From: Mobula hypostoma
Lineage: Eukaryota
NCBI RefSeq assembly: GCF_963921235.1
Contig: NC_086124.1
Coordinates: 28,024,001 to 28,088,000, forward strand
Length of the DNA: 64,000 bases
Direction of reading: 5' to 3'
Translations under genes and position numbers: made by a program
The notes under the pieces: model-generated
Database searches by the model: none
The model's input: the letters and a program-made list of their open reading frames with translations, nothing else
Told to the model about the DNA's origin: nothing
In this document: positions 62,139 through 64,000 of the stretch, piece after piece
Position numbering within the stretch: the first letter of the stretch is position 1
Layout: every line of letters begins with the position of its first letter

Positions 62139-63087
62139 TGAACGTGCTGACGGTTGTGGTCCTGTCCCGGGGAAAGTGCGGTCTTTCTAAAGCAGTCACT
62201 CGTTACCTGATGGCCATGGCGGCAGCGGATCTCCTGGTTGTTATCTTAGACCTGGTACTGAGGCAGATTCCGATTGTTTATGGGGAAGCGATTAATTTCC
62301 TGAGGAACGTCCCCGTGTGTAACGTCCACGCCGTCCTACTTTACGCAGCCAACGACTGTTCCGTCTGGTTCACCGTCATGTTCACCTTTGACAGATTTGT
62401 GGCTACACGTTGCCAGAGCCTGAAAGCTAAATACTGCACCGAGAGAACGGCGGCTGTGGTTCTGTGGACTGTGGCCGCCCTGAGCTGTTAAAGAGCATTT
62501 TCTGGTATTTTTTGCTCTCAGGACACTACCAGCTTAATAACTTCCCTTGGTTTTGCCACGGAAGAGACGGTGTTCTGTTCTCACTTGCCTGGACAGTAGT
62601 CGAGTCTTGCAGCTTCTTTCTGACGCCTGTAATCCCGTTTGTGGTCATTCTGCTGCTCAATGCTTTGACCATCAGACACGTGTTAGTGGCGAGCAGAGCC
62701 CGGAGGAGACTCCGGAGTCGCAACAGTGGGAATAGTTCCAAAGACCCGGAAATGGAGAACCGTAGGAATTCGCTCATTTTACTGTCGGTCGTGTCGGCGA
62801 ATTTCATCGTGTTATGGGTGTTTTTTGTTGTGCACACTGTGTGGACACGATTATTTATTTTTCAGTCTGCGTACCTGATGTATGCCCTGTTGCTACCGTG
62901 GACCACAAGGGAGCTGGGCTACATGCTGCAGCTCCTGAGCTGCTGCACGAACACGGCTCTTTACGCCGTGACGCAGAGGAAGTTCAGGGAGCAGATGAGG
63001 GAGGTGCTGAAAACTCCGTTCACCCGCATCGTGGGTCACATTCATCAACGAGAGGAGCTGAGAAGCAAGCGCCGGCTATCTACCTGA
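62139..63087 (+). pseudogene. GPR139-like GPCR copy E, exon 2 (complete 7TM, single 1-bp deletion at about 62488)
   Basis: Acceptor cccaatAG|TGAAC; AGC TGT TAA here versus AGC TGT TTA AAG in paralogs; otherwise open to 63087. Confidence 0.85.
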
Positions 63088-63249
63088 ACACAGCTGGTCG
63101 ACGGGGTTTTGCGCCGTTAGTGTGGAATTTGATTGGTCTACCCGTGACAGTGCGGGTTTCCTCTGGGTGTTCAGATACCCCCAACATTCCAAAGACGTAC
63201 GGGTTAGTAAGTTATTGGTCAATTAGTGTAATTTGGCGACCCGGGCTTG

Positions 63250-63931
63250 TTAGAATTTCGTTCTGACCCTCGAAATTTTAAACAAAATTCTACGTGTCTG
63301 TCCTAATGATATGCTACAAATTGCTGCTCCATTGCTTGACAGATGTTTCACATGGAATGGCAACTGCATTGGGCGCCACGGTATTGCAGCGTTAAGTGCA
63401 AATTTATTACAACTCGGTGTGTTCCAATCAATTCCGTTGCTGGCTCCAAGAAGCTTGTGCGGTCGAGGGGTTCAAATGCAAATGATTAACCTACTAAATT
63501 AATATAATTTAGACAATACAATTAAGAGAACGCTAGTCGGCGAGAAAAGAAGAAGGAAGACGAGTGTGGAGAGAGCTGGTAGACCACCGGACGGAAAGAA
63601 CTGGGAGCGAGGGTCCGAAGGTCGGCCACGCTCGGAGGGGGTCGATGCTTGATAAATGGCCGTATTTGTGAGCTCGAACGTGCACTTTTGACTTTTCCCT
63701 TCGAATGCGCCCTTTGTCTTTTTATTTTCTTTACTAACCCTATATTCAGATTGAGATTAATAAACTTCGATCATTTAATTACACATGGTGTACTGTCTGA
63801 TATTTTGAGGTGCGGATTTGTAACTGGGCAACACGTCACGCAGCATCCACACAAACGAGACTTCTCAGTTTGGCGGGGCCAGAAGTTGTCTTCTCCCAGA
63901 CGAACACGTGCAGGCGGAGCCTAAGGGTTAC
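63250..63931 (+). mobile_element. Possible LTR-like repeat
   Basis: Ends ...GGGTTACA with an upstream AATAAA; 5' terminus and TSD not identified. Confidence 0.3.
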
Positions 63932-64000
63932 ATGTCAATCTCTCTGTCTGTCGCCTTTACCCCTGCCTCTGCCTTCTCTGCCATCCTCAACCTTTCAATA

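Overview
Vertebrate genomic DNA, repeat-rich. It is most likely from a cartilaginous fish (ray/skate-like), inferred from the CR1/L2/Tc1-MITE landscape and the shark-type GPCR family. There are three main parts. (1) 1.0-4.3 kb, minus strand: a spliced MHC gene with class II-type architecture (leader, ONE membrane-distal domain, ONE Ig-C1 domain) but class I-specific interface residues. It is best interpreted as a W-category beta chain (WB); an orphan decayed copy of its Ig exon lies at 8.0-8.3 kb. (2) 11.5-63.1 kb: a tandem/inverted array of five two-exon GPR139-like class A GPCR genes (A-E). Each has a 181-nt exon 1 that the ORF track does not link to exon 2. A is intact, E has one 1-bp frameshift, and B, C and D were destroyed by different deletions. 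(3) Mobile DNA: a near full-length HERO-type RLE non-LTR retrotransposon bounded by ~260-bp direct repeats in intron A, and an LTR-int-LTR-int-LTR tandem of a defective Gmr1-like Gypsy at the same position in intron D. The LTRs of the tandem begin with ~95 bp of the HERO 3' tail in antisense. A related solo LTR and many LINE/MITE fragments are also present. No rRNA, tRNA or CRISPR features were seen. All family assignments are from motif recognition only; no searches were run.
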